Below, in pieces: positions 1-13,907 of a stretch of 64,000 bases of DNA. Numbering within the stretch: the stretch's first letter is position 1; every line of letters begins with the position of its first letter. A model generated the notes under the pieces. That model saw nothing but the letters and a program-made list of their open reading frames with translations, was not told the DNA's origin and made no database searches. This stretch comes from Macrostomum hystrix (taxonomy: Eukaryota > Animalia > Platyhelminthes): contig CATNEN010000038.1 of NCBI GenBank assembly GCA_950097015.1, positions 19,096,001 to 19,160,000 of the forward strand, written 5' to 3'. The translations under genes and the position numbers were made by a program.

Positions 1-2849
1 TCTGAGAGTGTATTTAAACAAACTGACTTTCGAGTTGGAATAATTGTTGGAATAACTAGGAATATGCCAACAGGCAACAGGTAGGAACACAATAACTGTC
101 GGAATAAGTGTTGGAATATTCCAAGTTGGACAAAGTTTCTAAGCTTATTATTATTAAGTTTCTCAGATTGTATGTCAAGTAAATAGCCTGTCATAGGCAG
201 CAGATAAGAACAGGTCACCAGCTGCAGCAGAGAGTTTTGTAAGCAGCTGATGGCATTTATCTACTTTCTAGCTGAACAAATATACACTGCACTTGGCGCC
301 CTTGATGACAAAGCTAACACAGAGGCACAGTTTTGCTTTGTTGAAATGACCTAGCTGTACAGTAAGGGCAACCAGAATTTCTGTCTTAGCTAATCTACTT
401 GTCAAACAAAAGTCAATTTTAATTATTTACTCGATAAAATCAAGTAAATCAAAATTAACAAAAGTTGTGTTGTTATGAATACAACAGCAACTTTTAAAGG
501 CACGAAATCTAAAAAAAGTTTAAACAGAAAGGAGATTTAAGCATTGGATATCTTGCCAAAAACAAAATAATATGTCAGAATTCATGAAAAGAAATGTTGA
601 GGGCGAAAACTTAACAAAACACATAGACGCAGGACATTATCTGCATTGCGGCGAGTTTATATTTAAAAGTTGTCACGCTTTTTAACTTTTATTAAAGAAA
701 AACAGTATTTATATAATTTTTATACATTTTTAATGTATCCTAAATTTTTTAGTTGTGTCTGTTCAAAAAGTGCTATAATATTTTTAAACGTTTGTTAAAC
801 ATTCTATTTAAAGCCGGGAAATTTTCTTTGTTTTGTTTAACATTTCTATGTTTTGAAAACCCATCCAAACTCCTCTTCCTTTCGTTTCTTATCAACATAG
901 CAGAGCTTTCAACAAAGTAGCTAGCTTGTAGTAGGTATCGTACATAGTGGTATGTGGTACATGGCTTTGATAAATAGCTAGGCCTGGCGTATAGCTATGA
1001 CTATACACTAGCTTCTATTCACTATGCCTTTATACACCATGTCGAAATAGCCACACGTCATAGAGGCCACAAATAGTTGGCCTTAAGCAACTAGGCTATA
1101 GTCACCGAAGTTTAAATATTAGGACTATGAAATAATGCGAAAGTTTTAAGTCTGATAGGCTGGGCTGTAGACTGTAATAATACAATCCTTAGCATAATGC
1201 CAAAATAGCATGTTTGGACAATCCCAATCGTTTGCCATTTTAATAGCCTAGGCCTAATAGGTTACTAATACAATAGTAGGCCTAGCTAACTGTCCATGTA
1301 GAAGCTGTTCACCCTTAAGCCATAAATAAGCCTCTGTCTCTTAAGGGCGATAGAACTGTAAATTTGCTAGGCCTACAAAATATGTTACTAGGCCAGTCAA
1401 TTAATTTGTATATTAGGCCTAGGGGCCTACCTCTGTAGGCCTATGTTGTAGGCCTAATGAAAGGTTAGGCTATACCTAATTTCTTAGTTGTAGCTAGGCC
1501 TTGGGGAGCTAAGTCTCCCCTCATGCAACACAAGTTAGCTACAAGGGCCTAATCCTAATGCATTAGTTGGGTGCATTTTCTATTTTATAGGGCCTAAGGG
1601 ATATTTTATTTATTTGTTAGGCCCTACCAGTGACCAAGGCCTAGGCTATCTGTTACCAGTATTGGTGATTAAGTTTGTGCCAACCAGACAAAAGCACAAT
1701 GGCTAGTAAATAGCTATCAATTGCTCCTAATTTTTTAATAGCCCTTGTACTATCTTTAAGCAAGATAATATTCTTGCTAGCACCTATCACTAGTAGGCCC
1801 CTACATATAAGTATAAACATAGCACAAGCACAATATGTTTAAATTATTGTGCCTGTGGCTGTCTTTAGGACTAGCCTATACCTCTGCTAGTTTCTGAATG
1901 TGGCCTATAGGTTCAGATAAAAAAAACAAAGTTTGGTCTTAGGCCTATCTAATGAATATTTTTTGTGAAAAACTTTTCTAGCTAGGCCCTAACTCAATGA
2001 TTCTTTATTTCTAAAAAATTGCTACATCTGCTAGTACGTGCTAAGAATATAATAATCAGATTCCTTTAAAATTATATTAAATTAAGATTGGCATAGCTAT
2101 ATACCCTTAATTTTAATGAAGAGCTTGCGTGCATAGCTGCCATTCGCTTAAATTCCGTATTACATGCATGACAGCCGTTGGCCCAAAGCCATACTTGCGT
2201 GTATAGTCAACATGCAGACATGTGGCTGTCTGCACTGCATGCTTGACTTACTTATTAGCTCGTATACACTGTATTGTCAAATCGCACGATTGATATTGCG
2301 TAAGCAAAGAAACTAAGTTGCAGATGAGCAAGTTGAGTTGAGGAAAAACTTTAGTCACAGATTTAGAATCATCTGTGCTCCTCAAAGGATGGCAAAACTA
2401 ACTGATTTTTAGTTGAACTCTATTTTGCAACTTTGTTTTATAGGTTTTATTACATTACAAAATTAATTTTTATAAACTTTCTTTGATCTTATTTTCACAT
2501 CCACGCCTTCTTTGTTTTCTTCTCTTCTACTATCTGTATTTCTTCTTTTCTTGCTTTTTATCTTCCTTTCTTCACTTTCTGTTTTTTATTCTTTTCTAGT
2601 CTCCCTCTGTTTTTGTTATCTTCTTCTCTTACCAATTGTCTTCCTTTTCTTTTCTCTCTCCTTTCTTCTCCTTCTATTTTACTCTTTGATTCTGTTACCC
2701 TGATTCTTTTGCTCTTTTTTTCTAAGCTCTCTTATTTTTTCTTCTCTCTTTCTCTCTGTCTTTTTTCTCTGCTCTCTGCTTTTCTTCATTCTTTCTTCTT
2801 TTCTTCTATCGATTACAATATGTTAAGATTGAAATCTGGATTTAAACAA

Positions 2850-2945
2850 GCGCCTATAGCCTAATGGCTAGAGCGCTAGGCTAGACTCTACTGATGAGCT
2901 TCAATAAGAGCCAAAAACATCTGGAGTTGCCTTGATTCGAATCCT
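2850..2945 (+). mobile_element. tRNA-derived SINE-like relic containing a decayed type I hammerhead ribozyme
   Basis: A-box-like TAGCCTAATGGCTAG (2857-2871); stem I ACTCTA/TGGAGT; core CTGATGA at 2891-2897; stem II GCTT/GAGC; GAAA degenerated to CAAA; B-box-like GATTCGAATCC (2934-2944). Confidence 0.5.
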
Positions 2946-3716
2946 GATTTCTATTTTTTCAATACATATCCGAATTGATTCCAACATTAAATTTTTGAAA
3001 TTCAATGGGCAGTGTCCTCTCTCCTCTCTCCCGCTCTCTCTCTCTCCCTCTCCCTCTGTCTTTTTTCTCCACTCTCCGATTTTCTTCACTTTTGAGGCCA
3101 AACAATGTTGCCAACAAGGGGAAATAAGTCATGAATGAGAGAATGCAGCATGGCAGATTAGAGAAAACTCAGCTATGAATAAGAAAATCATAACCAGCAA
3201 AATTTGCTAACTTCCTAAAATATGGTACACTGTTCTCTAATCCCTTTTAGCAGACTTCCCTCTAGGTGTTGATTTCTCCAAAGCTGGAATGTTTTGTCAT
3301 GCTATGCTATATGCTATGGTTTCATCTCAATGTTCAATCTGATCTTAAATCAATGCACAGTCTATAGCACGATGTATATGTAGCTTTATATTCATATTAT
3401 TTAAATAATCAATAATCTAATTGCACCTTCCATAAACCTTAAAGCAGCTTTAGGATAGGCCTAATCTTGCAGCAAGATGACCCTCACCTTTTTACTATAT
3501 GAATTCTTCCACAGTCCATTCATTCATCAGAATCAGCTTCTGTATCCAATCAGTTTAAGTTGCTAGTAAATTTGTAGCAAGTGGCTCATTATTTTGATTT
3601 GCAATTGTGACTTCGTTTAATGTTTCACATTTCTAATTTCTATGAAAACCACACCCCCAATTATCACAAATCATTGAATTTGCAATAAAAAGTGTATTTT
3701 ATCCTATCAAACTAAT

Positions 3717-3997
3717 CATACATGCGCAACACCCGGCTGACCCAGCCGAACCGACCGGGCGAAACGAGGGCCAAGCAAGGTAAGTCGCAAAAACCAATAG
3801 ACCAAGCGCAAAAAAATCAAAGGGGGGACCAAGGGACAAAAAAGGAAGGTGTGAAGAAAAGGAAAAAGGGGAGAGAAAAAGAGAGCAAATGAGAGCAAAC
3901 TAAGTCATAAATAGAGCAATGAAATGAACTAAGTCACAAATGAGAGCAAAAACTAAGTCGCACGGCTGGCTAAGATTTGGGAGGTTGCGCATGTATG
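3717..3997. mobile_element. Non-autonomous DNA transposon (MITE), hAT-like
   Basis: Perfect 14-bp TIRs CATACATGCGCAAC (3717-3730) and GTTGCGCATGTATG (3984-3997), flanked by an 8-bp direct repeat AAACTAAT (3709-3716, 3998-4005). An 8-bp TSD is typical of hAT elements. Confidence 0.85.
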
Positions 3998-4576
3998 AAA
4001 CTAATCTGCCGCAATGTATGTTGCATTTTTTGGTTCAACACTAAGTTGCACTGCCAGCTGAGATTCTGGAGGTTATATGCCTACTGGTATTTTGTTAGGC
4101 ACCTTGGTATAAATACTAATTTATAAATTTATATGGATAGCTAGCAACCAAAATTTGCAAGGCCATATTATAGAATAGCCATAATATTACTAGTCATATT
4201 TTCTTTAAAAAGGACACCAAGGTCTTCATGTAGAAGGAAATAATCAACCAATACATTTCACCCAATGAGCCAATACATCTACATTTTATGCACACCTTAT
4301 CCTTAATTAAGCATGCACATAGATGCCTTACAAATACATATTTAGCTCTTGTACTTATTATAGTTTTATTTTCGTTTTATTTTCTACAAAGTTCTAATCT
4401 TTGTTGTGTATTCAGTATAATATTTATATATTTGTACCATGTTTCATAGACTTCTTTCGAACATTTCATCAAGTCAAGAAGTCAAGTAAAATAATACAAT
4501 ATATATTTGTATTTCACAATTTTTGGATTATGTACTTCGAAGTAAAAACTGGTTCAAAAGAATAACTAGCCAACAG

Positions 4577-5090
4577 CTACCCACTGATCCTTCAGGTGAC
4601 AATCACTACTACCCACTGATCCATCAAGTGATAATCACTACTACCCACTGATCCTTCAGGTGACTATCACTACTACCCACTGATCCATCAAGTGACAATC
4701 ACTACTACCCACTGATTCTTCAGGTGAAAATCACTACTACCCACTGATTCTTCAGGTGACAATCACTACTACCCACTGATCCATCAAGTGACAATCACTA
4801 CTACCCACTGATCCATCAAGTGACAATCACTACTACCCACTGATTCTTCAGGTGTAAATCACTACTACCCACTGATTCTTCAGGTGACAATCACTACTAC
4901 CCACTGATCCTTCAGGGGATTACCACAACCCTATGACCTTTCAGGTTATTACCGCTACCCTATCATTCCCTATCATTCCCTATCATTCCCTATCATACCC
5001 TATCATTCAGGTAATTACTGCTACCCACTGATCATTCAGTTGACAATCACTACTACCCACTGATCCTTCATGTGACAATGACTACCCACT
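4577..5090. repeat. 32-bp minisatellite (ctacccactgatccttcaggtgacaatcacta)
   Basis: Direct tandem units, period 32. Confidence 0.9.
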
Positions 5091-5688
5091 GGTCACTTAA
5101 GATTTTTTAATATACTGATCATCCATAGATTGATCACTTTTTGATCCAAAACAATACAAACAAAAGTATCTAACACAGCTCTTAACTTATACTTGGCTTA
5201 ACAGCAAAAAATGGCAATGAGCATGCTTATTTATTTTAAAAGATTACTATTAATTAGCTAAAAATAGATTTCTAAGAAGATATATTTCTAGCTTTTTTGC
5301 TCTTGTATGTCGTTTGATTTGGTCGGTCTGATTTGGATATTCTACAGAGCTTATTGCCTTTGGAAAAAAATACTATTTAAAGATTAAAAAGTATTTTCAG
5401 CCCAACAGAAACCATTGGCATTCTTGGGTAAGACACTTTAGCAGCTTAGCTTGCAGGCCGCAAGTGAACACTAATTACCATAGAAGCATTAATTGTGTCG
5501 CACATCGCGTATAAGTTTCATATTTTTTGTTTAAAAAATTGCAGCCAGTGATATAAAATAAATCGCGGTTTGAAGATCGGTCGCAAGTTTCTAAATTGAG
5601 AGCTAAGCGAGGTTTTTGTGTGAAAAAGGTCAGCGAAAGAGGTAAAGTGCGACCAAGTGCCTAAATAGTCTCCGATTGACGTGTCTAA

Positions 5689-6423
5689 ATGGCTTGCGTA
5701 ACCCTGAAGCGTTCGCTGGATCACGATGCTACTTCTGCTACGTCAACTAAACGACGCCGTTTTCACTGCGGCGGCGGCGGCAGTCGCAGTCCGTCATCGC
5801 CCAACTCTTCGCATTCAACAGCGTCAGCAGCCTCCAGCTCCGCGCTGACATTCGTGCCGCCGCCGGCTGAACCTCTGGCCAATGCCGCCTCGGCACTGAC
5901 GGACTTTCCGGCGTCGCGCCTGCCGCCTGAGCTGCTGTCGCAGCGACTGACCGCCGAGGTTCGCCGGCTGCAGCGTCGGCGCCAGCTGATGACGCCGGGC
6001 GCTTCAGTCGGCTGCGGTGGCGGCAGTGCTGGCGCCGACTCCGACATGCAGCTGACGACCGTTGCTAGCTGCGCGCACTGCGGCTCCATGAAGCCGGCGT
6101 CCTGCCCGGCTTCCCAGTCGGCAAGCTCCTCCGATCCGCCTCTATTCACAATGTCCCAGGTGCAATCGATCGCCGAGAAACTGCTAGCCGATCGTGAGCA
6201 ACAGATTCGCAACGAATTTCAAGCCCTGCTGAGCGCTAAACTGCAGGAACAATACGACGCCTTCCTGCGCTTCAATCACGACCAAATCTATCGCATGCAC
6301 AGCGGCACTCCAATGTCCTGTGAGTTGCGCGTTGTTACAAAAAATTAGTTAGGAGTTGCTTTGCACTTCTTACATATCGAATCATAGGTAATCCCACTAT
6401 TAAACTTTCCAGACGTGTCATAA
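5689..6423 (+). CDS. akirin: Akirin (nuclear cofactor / proteasome nuclear-import adaptor); exons 5689-6319 and 6413-6423
   Basis: N-terminal MACVTLKRSLD and NLS KRRR; C-terminal PLFTMSQVQSIAEKLLADREQQIRNEF..LSAKLQEQYDAFLRFNHDQI matches the akirin conserved domain. GT-AG intron 6320-6412 (T|gtgagt...ttccag|AC) restores the invariant SYVS* end. AATAAA at 7033-7038. Confidence 0.95.
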
Positions 6424-7619
6424 AACTCTGGCCTGGCCGCCGCATTCAAAACGACTCAAAGGTTGCTTCCCGACCAGCGTTTGAATACAATTGAAAGAAA
6501 ACTCAACTTAAAAAACGAACTAAACTAATTCTAACTTACCGCCTGCGACCACTGGAATACTTGACTGCTCTTAGAATTTTTTTCTCATCTTCCACCTGCA
6601 CCCTAAAAACAACCCGCCCCTTTTGATGATTGAAAGCCTGGCGATGGAAATTAATCCAAAAAACGTAGTGTGCGTTTCAAAACTTTGTAAATCATCCGAC
6701 ATTTTTTGTGTGCGTCATTTATTTTTTACATATAAACCTGTCTGCGCAACACCTGTCGTTTAATTAATTAAGGAAGGTAGGTTTGACTGTTTGTCTAACA
6801 GACTTTTCAAAAAGCTTTTTTTCTAAAATACTTATAAAACCATTTGCAAACTAATCGTTGATTTTTTGGTTACCAAAAATGAATACAATAGCTGGCCTAC
6901 ATGCCTTTCAATAATTGACTGATTTATAACGTACGCTGCCTTCCATAAAAATATGTCAATCTAATCCATAGTTGTCATTTGCCTGTACGCTTGCTCTCAT
7001 TTTATTTTCGTACTCATTGCTCATTGCTTCGTAATAAACTGATGATTATATGTCACACTACTCAATTTTCAAATCATCTAAACTAGCAATCATTCATCTT
7101 TTCAGTTTAGAGGCTGATTTTGTTGAGTTTGCGCACAGGTAACGAAAATATTTGAGCTTTTTTGGTACTCACTCAACAAAGCAACTAAACTCGATTAAAG
7201 CGATGCCAAAATTACGGTTGCAAAGTCTGAAAACGAATTATTAATTTTTTTTATCGTTATTGGCGCAAATTCAAAATATAGTTAAATTTAATTTTATGTT
7301 CCAATTCATCCGTTACAATTCGTTAGTCAAAAACTCTAATTTGCTTCCTCGGGTGCTGATAAAATGATAAATATGATTAATTATTACTTCAGACGTATTT
7401 AGCGTATTTTATGTTTGCTTGATTATTCCCCTCCTTCAAGCAGTCTTTCTCTTTGCCTTTCCTTTCTCATTTTCCAACTACCAAACGAATCAATAACTTT
7501 TTTATACTGTGCGTACAAATTAGTTTATAGCTAGCTAATATTTTGTAAGATAAGTCTTTTGCTACAATATACTACAGTCTAACAACAGATAGGTATCTAG
7601 GTTAAATAGTTGATTTGGT

Positions 7620-7885
7620 GTCTAGCTTAAGGTTTGTACGGTCCTTAGCTTCAATAATTTGTACATTATCTAGCTTTATATTGGTACAGTCCCTAGCTTC
7701 AATTATTGGTACATTTTCTAGCTTAAATTGTTCGTACAGTTTCTAGCTTAAATTGTTGGTACAGTTTCTATTGGTACAGTTTCTAGCTTTTAGTTGGCAC
7801 AGTCTCTGGCTTCAATTATTTGTACAGTCTCTAGCTTATAGTATTGGTACACCCTCTAGCTTTGAATTGGTATAGTCTCTAGCTC
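7620..7885. repeat. Degenerate ~22-bp minisatellite (tggtacagtctctagctt)
   Basis: Recurrent gtacag..tctagctt motif. Confidence 0.7.
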
Positions 7886-9219
7886 CTGTGTCAGATCAGT
7901 GAAATCATTCAGCGCTGCTAAAGTTTATTGTCCAGCTAATTCTTCGCATTCACTGCACTAGCGATGTTGCTAATGCGGTGAAAGTGCAGGTGTTTTTTGG
8001 TAGTTTAGTTTGATTATTAGTCAAGCACGTAAGACATTAGACAGCTTAAGAAAAAAGTCTTGCTAAAATCGAGCTGTCCGCATTTTCGCAATTGTGTGTT
8101 TTCTTGTCGTTGTATGCCGCAATGCCTGTCTTAAGCTCTTTATTTTTTTAATATTAATTGTATACTAAGTATAATTTCGCGTACTTATCCCCTTACTTAT
8201 ACTAGTAGTCAGTCGTCCATGTTGCGTTGTTTTTTTCTAAGTATGATGAAGCTGTATGAGGTAAGCACAAACCTGGCTTTCCATACTGCTTGCACAATAA
8301 GTACTTGTTTGAGCTCTTTCTATAATAAGCACTACATTTACAATTACGTTAGAAACGCCACATGCTACTAAATAATTTTACGTTGGTTAACCAACAAATA
8401 TCATTTCTTCGAACGAGACTATCGCCATTGTCATTACTGTTGCTTGGATTACTGTGTAATTGGATTAGTACATTTTATGTTAGAAATTATATTCTGCAAT
8501 GCAAGTCCACCAATTTTTTTAGTTAAATTTCACAAAAAAATGTTTGATAAGTATCAATTTTATTATCATGCGCAGTTCATCCTACTGAGACGGACCTCCA
8601 TGTAAGTAGTAGGCTGCGTGTTAAAATTTAGCTATTACAAGAAATTCGGATAATTATCTACAGTAACTGTTCGCTTCAAGCTCTTTCTTTTGCTTTTGTC
8701 AGTTTTTTCTGTCGATATGTCGTCAGTGAAGCGACCTCAGACAAGTTTATAATAACAGGCCGATTTTTGTCTTGCTGTTCGCCAACTGCTATTTCCCCAC
8801 TGTCCGTCTAATTATCTGCATCTTACTCGTGTCTTAGTTAACGATGAAGCAGTGGGTTAAGATATTTTAGTAAGCCAACTGTAACGCGGGCCCATTAAGA
8901 TGTTAAACTCTTAATAAATTGCGTCTAAATCAATCAATAATTACTTGATCGTTTTATTTTTTCTCTCGCTCTCTCACTTTGCGATAAAAAAATAATATAT
9001 ATATCGGCTCTATTGCTCGCTGATTCTATCAATTGGCGTGTAGAATACTGCAACATTTGCTTCGGTTCAACTTAAACACGCTTTTCAGCTTTGATAATTA
9101 ATCGTGTTAATAGCCTGAATTAAAGCTTACTGTACTTGTTTTATTTGACAGTTTTTTGGACCAGTGTGAGTCAATTGTGTCTGCATGGTGTCTTCGAATT
9201 CCTGACTGAGACTGTGCTC

Positions 9220-10090
9220 ACCGCCTCTCAAATGAAATTCTTGGAAAAATCTTCGCCGCCTCTAGGGGACTTCCTGAAAATGTTTTACCAACTTGCAAAT
9301 TAATTCCTGGAAAACTATTCACCGCCTTGCAGATGAATTCATGGAAAAGATTCACCGCCTTGCAGTTGAATTCCTGGAAAAATATTCACCGCCTTGCAGT
9401 TGGATTCATGGAAAAATATTCACCGCCTTGCAGTTTGATTCATGGAAAAATATTCACCGCCTTGCAGTTGAATTCCTGGAAAAATATTCACCGCCTTGCA
9501 GATGAATTCCTGGAAAAGATTTACCGACTTGCAGTTGAATTCCTGGAAAAATATTCACCGCCTTGCAGATGAATTCCTGGAAAAGATTTACCGCCTTGCA
9601 GTTGAATTCCTGGAAAAATATTCACTACCTTGCCGTTGAATTCCTGGAAAAATATTCACTGCCTTGCAGTTGGATTCCTGGAAAAATATTCACTACCTTG
9701 CCGTTGAATTCCTGGAAAAATATTCACTGCCTTGCAGTTGGATTCATGGAAAAATATTCACCGCCTTGCAGATTAATTCCTGGAAAAGATTTGCCGCCTT
9801 GCAGATGAATTCCTGGAAAAGATTTGCCGCCTTGCAGATGAATTCATGGAAAAGATTCACCGCCTTGCAGTTGAGTTCCTGGAAAAATATTCACCGCCTT
9901 GCAGATGAATTCCTGGAAAATATTTACCGCCTTGCAGATGAACTCCTGGAAAATATTCACCGCCTTGCAGATGAATTCCTGGAAAAGGATTCGAGGAATT
10001 TATGGTTTTATAAAATATTCCAGGAATCACCGCCTTGCAGATGAATTTCTAGAAAAGGCTTCATCGCCTCTTTAGTGAATTCCTAGAAAA
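9220..10090. repeat. ~34-bp minisatellite (caccgccttgcagttgaattcctggaaaaatatt)
   Basis: Direct tandem units. Confidence 0.9.
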
Positions 10091-10442
10091 TTTGTGATAA
10101 TGCCAGTCGCTCACTGAAATCCTCACTGCATCGTATACATATTTTTCGTAAATTTCATTGGAATCGAAAATTTTGCGCTTCGAAATAACTGCTTCTAGAG
10201 GCTTCGCTCTCATTTTGCTAATAGGTATAAACAAATGCGCTGCCAAGCAAATGTATGTTTAGCCCCCAGGTGATGCCGAATTATTGATGTGCAGTACAAC
10301 GATCTGAACTTTTGAAACTCGGACAGTGAAAGTGTAGAATGCCTTCCATTTTTGCTTACATTTTGTCTAAGCCAGTGATCAGTTATATATCAAGCATGAT
10401 AAATCATTAATTCAAAATGACCCTTGTTGCGGGAAAGATAAG

Positions 10443-11000
10443 GCACGAGAGAGACTAGACAGGGAAGAGATGAGACACGAGTGAGACTAGACATGGGAAA
10501 GATGAGACACGAGTGAGACTAGACATGGGAGAGATGAGACACGAGAGAGAATAGACAGGATAAAGATGACACACGAGAGAGACTAGACAGGGTTGAGTGG
10601 AGACACGAGAGACATTAGAAAGGGGAGAGATTAGACACGAGAGAGACTAGACAGGGGAGAGATGAGACACGAGTGAGACTTGACATGGAAGATATGAGAC
10701 ACGAGACAGACTAGACAGGAGAAAGATGAGACACGAGAGAGACTAAATATGGGAGAGATGAGACACGAGAGACATTAGAAAGGGGAGAGATAAGACACGA
10801 GAGACTAGACATGGGAGAGATGAGACACGAGTGAGTCTAGAAAGGAGAGAGATGAGACACGAGAGAGGCTAGACGTGGAGGGATGAGGCAGGAGAGAGAC
10901 TAGACAGGGAAGAGATGAGGCACGAGAGAGTAGACAGTGTTGAGATGAGACACTAGAGAGACTAGACAGGGAAGAGATGAGACACGAGAGAGACAAGACT
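10443..11000. repeat. 32-bp purine-rich minisatellite (gagatgagacacgagtgagactagacatggga); also at 12884-13441 and 15855-16190
   Basis: Direct tandem units; the same family occurs at three positions. Confidence 0.9.
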
Positions 11001-11466
11001 GGAGAATTAAGCTTCGCTATTCTAGCTCGTATTGGCTAATGTCGCAACCAATCAGTAGGAAGTGGAGCGAATTTGAGTTCTTAACAAGAATAAAACAGCT
11101 CGTAGAAAAGTCACCTGATTGATTCGATCTAGTCCTCAACAAGCGCATTGGTCTTGATCAGGTCCGACGAAGACGAATTGTGCAATACTCATCTGCATGG
11201 TCACTGATTGACTCAATTATCGCTGCCGCTGCTCTAGCAACATTTGGTGCGCGCTCTTCTATCTATTGGTTAGTTAGCTGGCTGATTGCCAACCTGATTA
11301 TTTGTTGTGAGCACACTTTTCCGAGTAATGCGTAAGCTGGGGATTTGATTTGCTCATTTGTGGCCTGCCCCATGCAGTTAAGTTGATTGCTGCGGGCCAA
11401 AAACAAATCACAGCAGCGTGTTATTTTGGCTGCCAGATTCGCTTGATACAGACCAAACGAGTCCGT

Positions 11467-12600
11467 ATGACCAATCTAGATGAGTCTGCATGACCAATCT
11501 AGATGAGCCTGCATGACCAATCTAGATGAGTCTGCATGACCAATCTAGATGAGTCTGCATGATCAGTCTAGATGAGTCTGTATGACCATTCTAGATGAGT
11601 CTGTATGACCAATCTAGATGAGTTTGTATGATCAATCTAGATGAGTCTGCATGATCAATCTAGATGAGTCTGCATGACCAATCTAGATGAGTCTGCATGA
11701 TCAATCTAGATGAGTCTGCATGACCAATCTAGATGAGTCTGTATGACCAATCTAGATGAGTCTGCATGATCAATCTAGATGAGTCTGCATGATCAATCTA
11801 GATGAGTCTGCATGACCAATCTAGATGAGTCTGCATGATCAATCTAGATGAGTCTGCATGATCAATCTAGATGAGTCTGCATGATCAGTCTAGATGAGTC
11901 TGTATGACCAGTCTAGATGAGTCTGCATGACCAATCTAGATGAGTCTGCATGACCAATCTAGATGAGCCTGCATGACCAATCTAGATGAGTCTGCATGAT
12001 CAATCTAGATGAGTCTGCATGATCAATCTAGATGAGTCTGCATGATTAGTCTAGATGAGTCTGTATGACCAGTCTAGATGAGTCTGTATGATCAATCTAG
12101 ATGAGTCTGCATGATCAATCTAGATGAGTCTGCATGACCAATCTAGATGAGTCTGCATGACCAATCTAGATGAGTCTGCATGATCAATCTAGATGAGTCT
12201 GCATGATCAATCTAGATGAGTCTGCATGATCAATCTAGATGAGTCTGCATGACCAATCTAGATGAGTCTGTATGATCAATCTAGATGAGTCTGCATGACC
12301 AATCTAGATGAGTCTGTATGACCAATCTAGATGAGTCTGCATGATCAATCTAGATGAGTCTGCATGATCAATCTAGATGAGTCTGCATGACCAATCTAGA
12401 TGAGTCTGCATGATCAATCTAGATGAGTCTGCATGATCAATCTAGATGAGTCTGCATGATCAGTCTAGATGAGTCTGTATGACCAGTCTAGATGAGTCTG
12501 CATGACCAATCTAGATGAGTCTGCATGACCAATCTAGATGAGTCTGCATGACCAATCTAGATGAGTCTGCATGATCAATCTAGATGAGTCTGCATGAGTC
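11467..12600. repeat. 23-bp minisatellite (atgaccaatctagatgagtctgc), ~49 units
   Basis: Period 23; each unit has the palindrome atctagat. Confidence 0.95.
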
Positions 12601-13907
12601 TGAATCGAAAATTTTGCGCTTCGAAATAACTGCTTCTAGAGGCTTCGCTCTCATTTTGCTAATAGGTATAAACAAATGCGCTGCCAAGCAAATGTATGTT
12701 TAGCCCCCAGGTGATGCCGAATTATTGATGTGCAGTACAACGATCTGAACTTTTGAAACTCGGACAGTGAAAGTGTAGAATGCCTTCCATTTTTGCTTAC
12801 ATTTTGTCTAAGCCAGTGATCAGTTATATATCAAGCATGATAAATCATTAATTCAAAATGACCCTTGTTGCGGGAAAGATAAGGCACGAGAGAGACTAGA
12901 CAGGGAAGAGATGAGACACGAGTGAGACTAGACATGGGAAAGATGAGACACGAGTGAGACTAGACATGGGAGAGATGAGACACGAGAGAGAATAGACAGG
13001 ATAAAGATGACACACGAGAGAGACTAGACAGGGTTGAGTGGAGACACGAGAGACATTAGAAAGGGGAGAGATTAGACACGAGAGAGACTAGACAGGGGAG
13101 AGATGAGACACGAGTGAGACTTGACATGGAAGATATGAGACACGAGACAGACTAGACAGGAGAAAGATGAGACACGAGAGAGACTAAATATGGGAGAGAT
13201 GAGACACGAGAGACATTAGAAAGGGGAGAGATAAGACACGAGAGACTAGACATGGGAGAGATGAGACACGAGTGAGTCTAGAAAGGAGAGAGATGAGACA
13301 CGAGAGAGGCTAGACGTGGAGGGATGAGGCAGGAGAGAGACTAGACAGGGAAGAGATGAGGCACGAGAGAGTAGACAGTGTTGAGATGAGACACTAGAGA
13401 GACTAGACAGGGAAGAGATGAGACACGAGAGAGACAAGACTGGAGAATTAAGCTTCGCTATTCTAGCTCGTATTGGCTAATGTCGCAACCAATCAGTAGG
13501 AAGTGGAGCGAATTTGAGTTCTTAACAAGAATAAAACAGCTCGTAGAAAAGTCACCTGATTGATTCGATCTAGTCCTCAACAAGCGCATTGGTCTTGATC
13601 AGGTCCGACGAAGACGAATTGTGCAATACTCATCTGCATGGTCACTGATTGACTCAATTATCGCTGCCGCTGCTCTAGCAACATTTGGTGCGCGCTCTTC
13701 TATCTATTGGTTAGTTAGCTGGCTGATTGCCAACCTGATTATTTGTTGTGAGCACACTTTTCCGAGTAATGCGTAAGCTGGGGATTTGATTTGCTCATTT
13801 GTGGCCTGCCCCATGCAGTTAAGTTGATTGCTGCGGGCCAAAAACAAATCACAGCAGCGTGTTATTTTGGCTGCCAGATTCGCTTGATACAGACCAAACG
13901 AGTCCGT

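Noticed and set aside
2512-2864. Hydrophobic Leu/Phe/Ser ORFs as membrane proteins
   Set aside because: Product of a CT-rich low-complexity tract.
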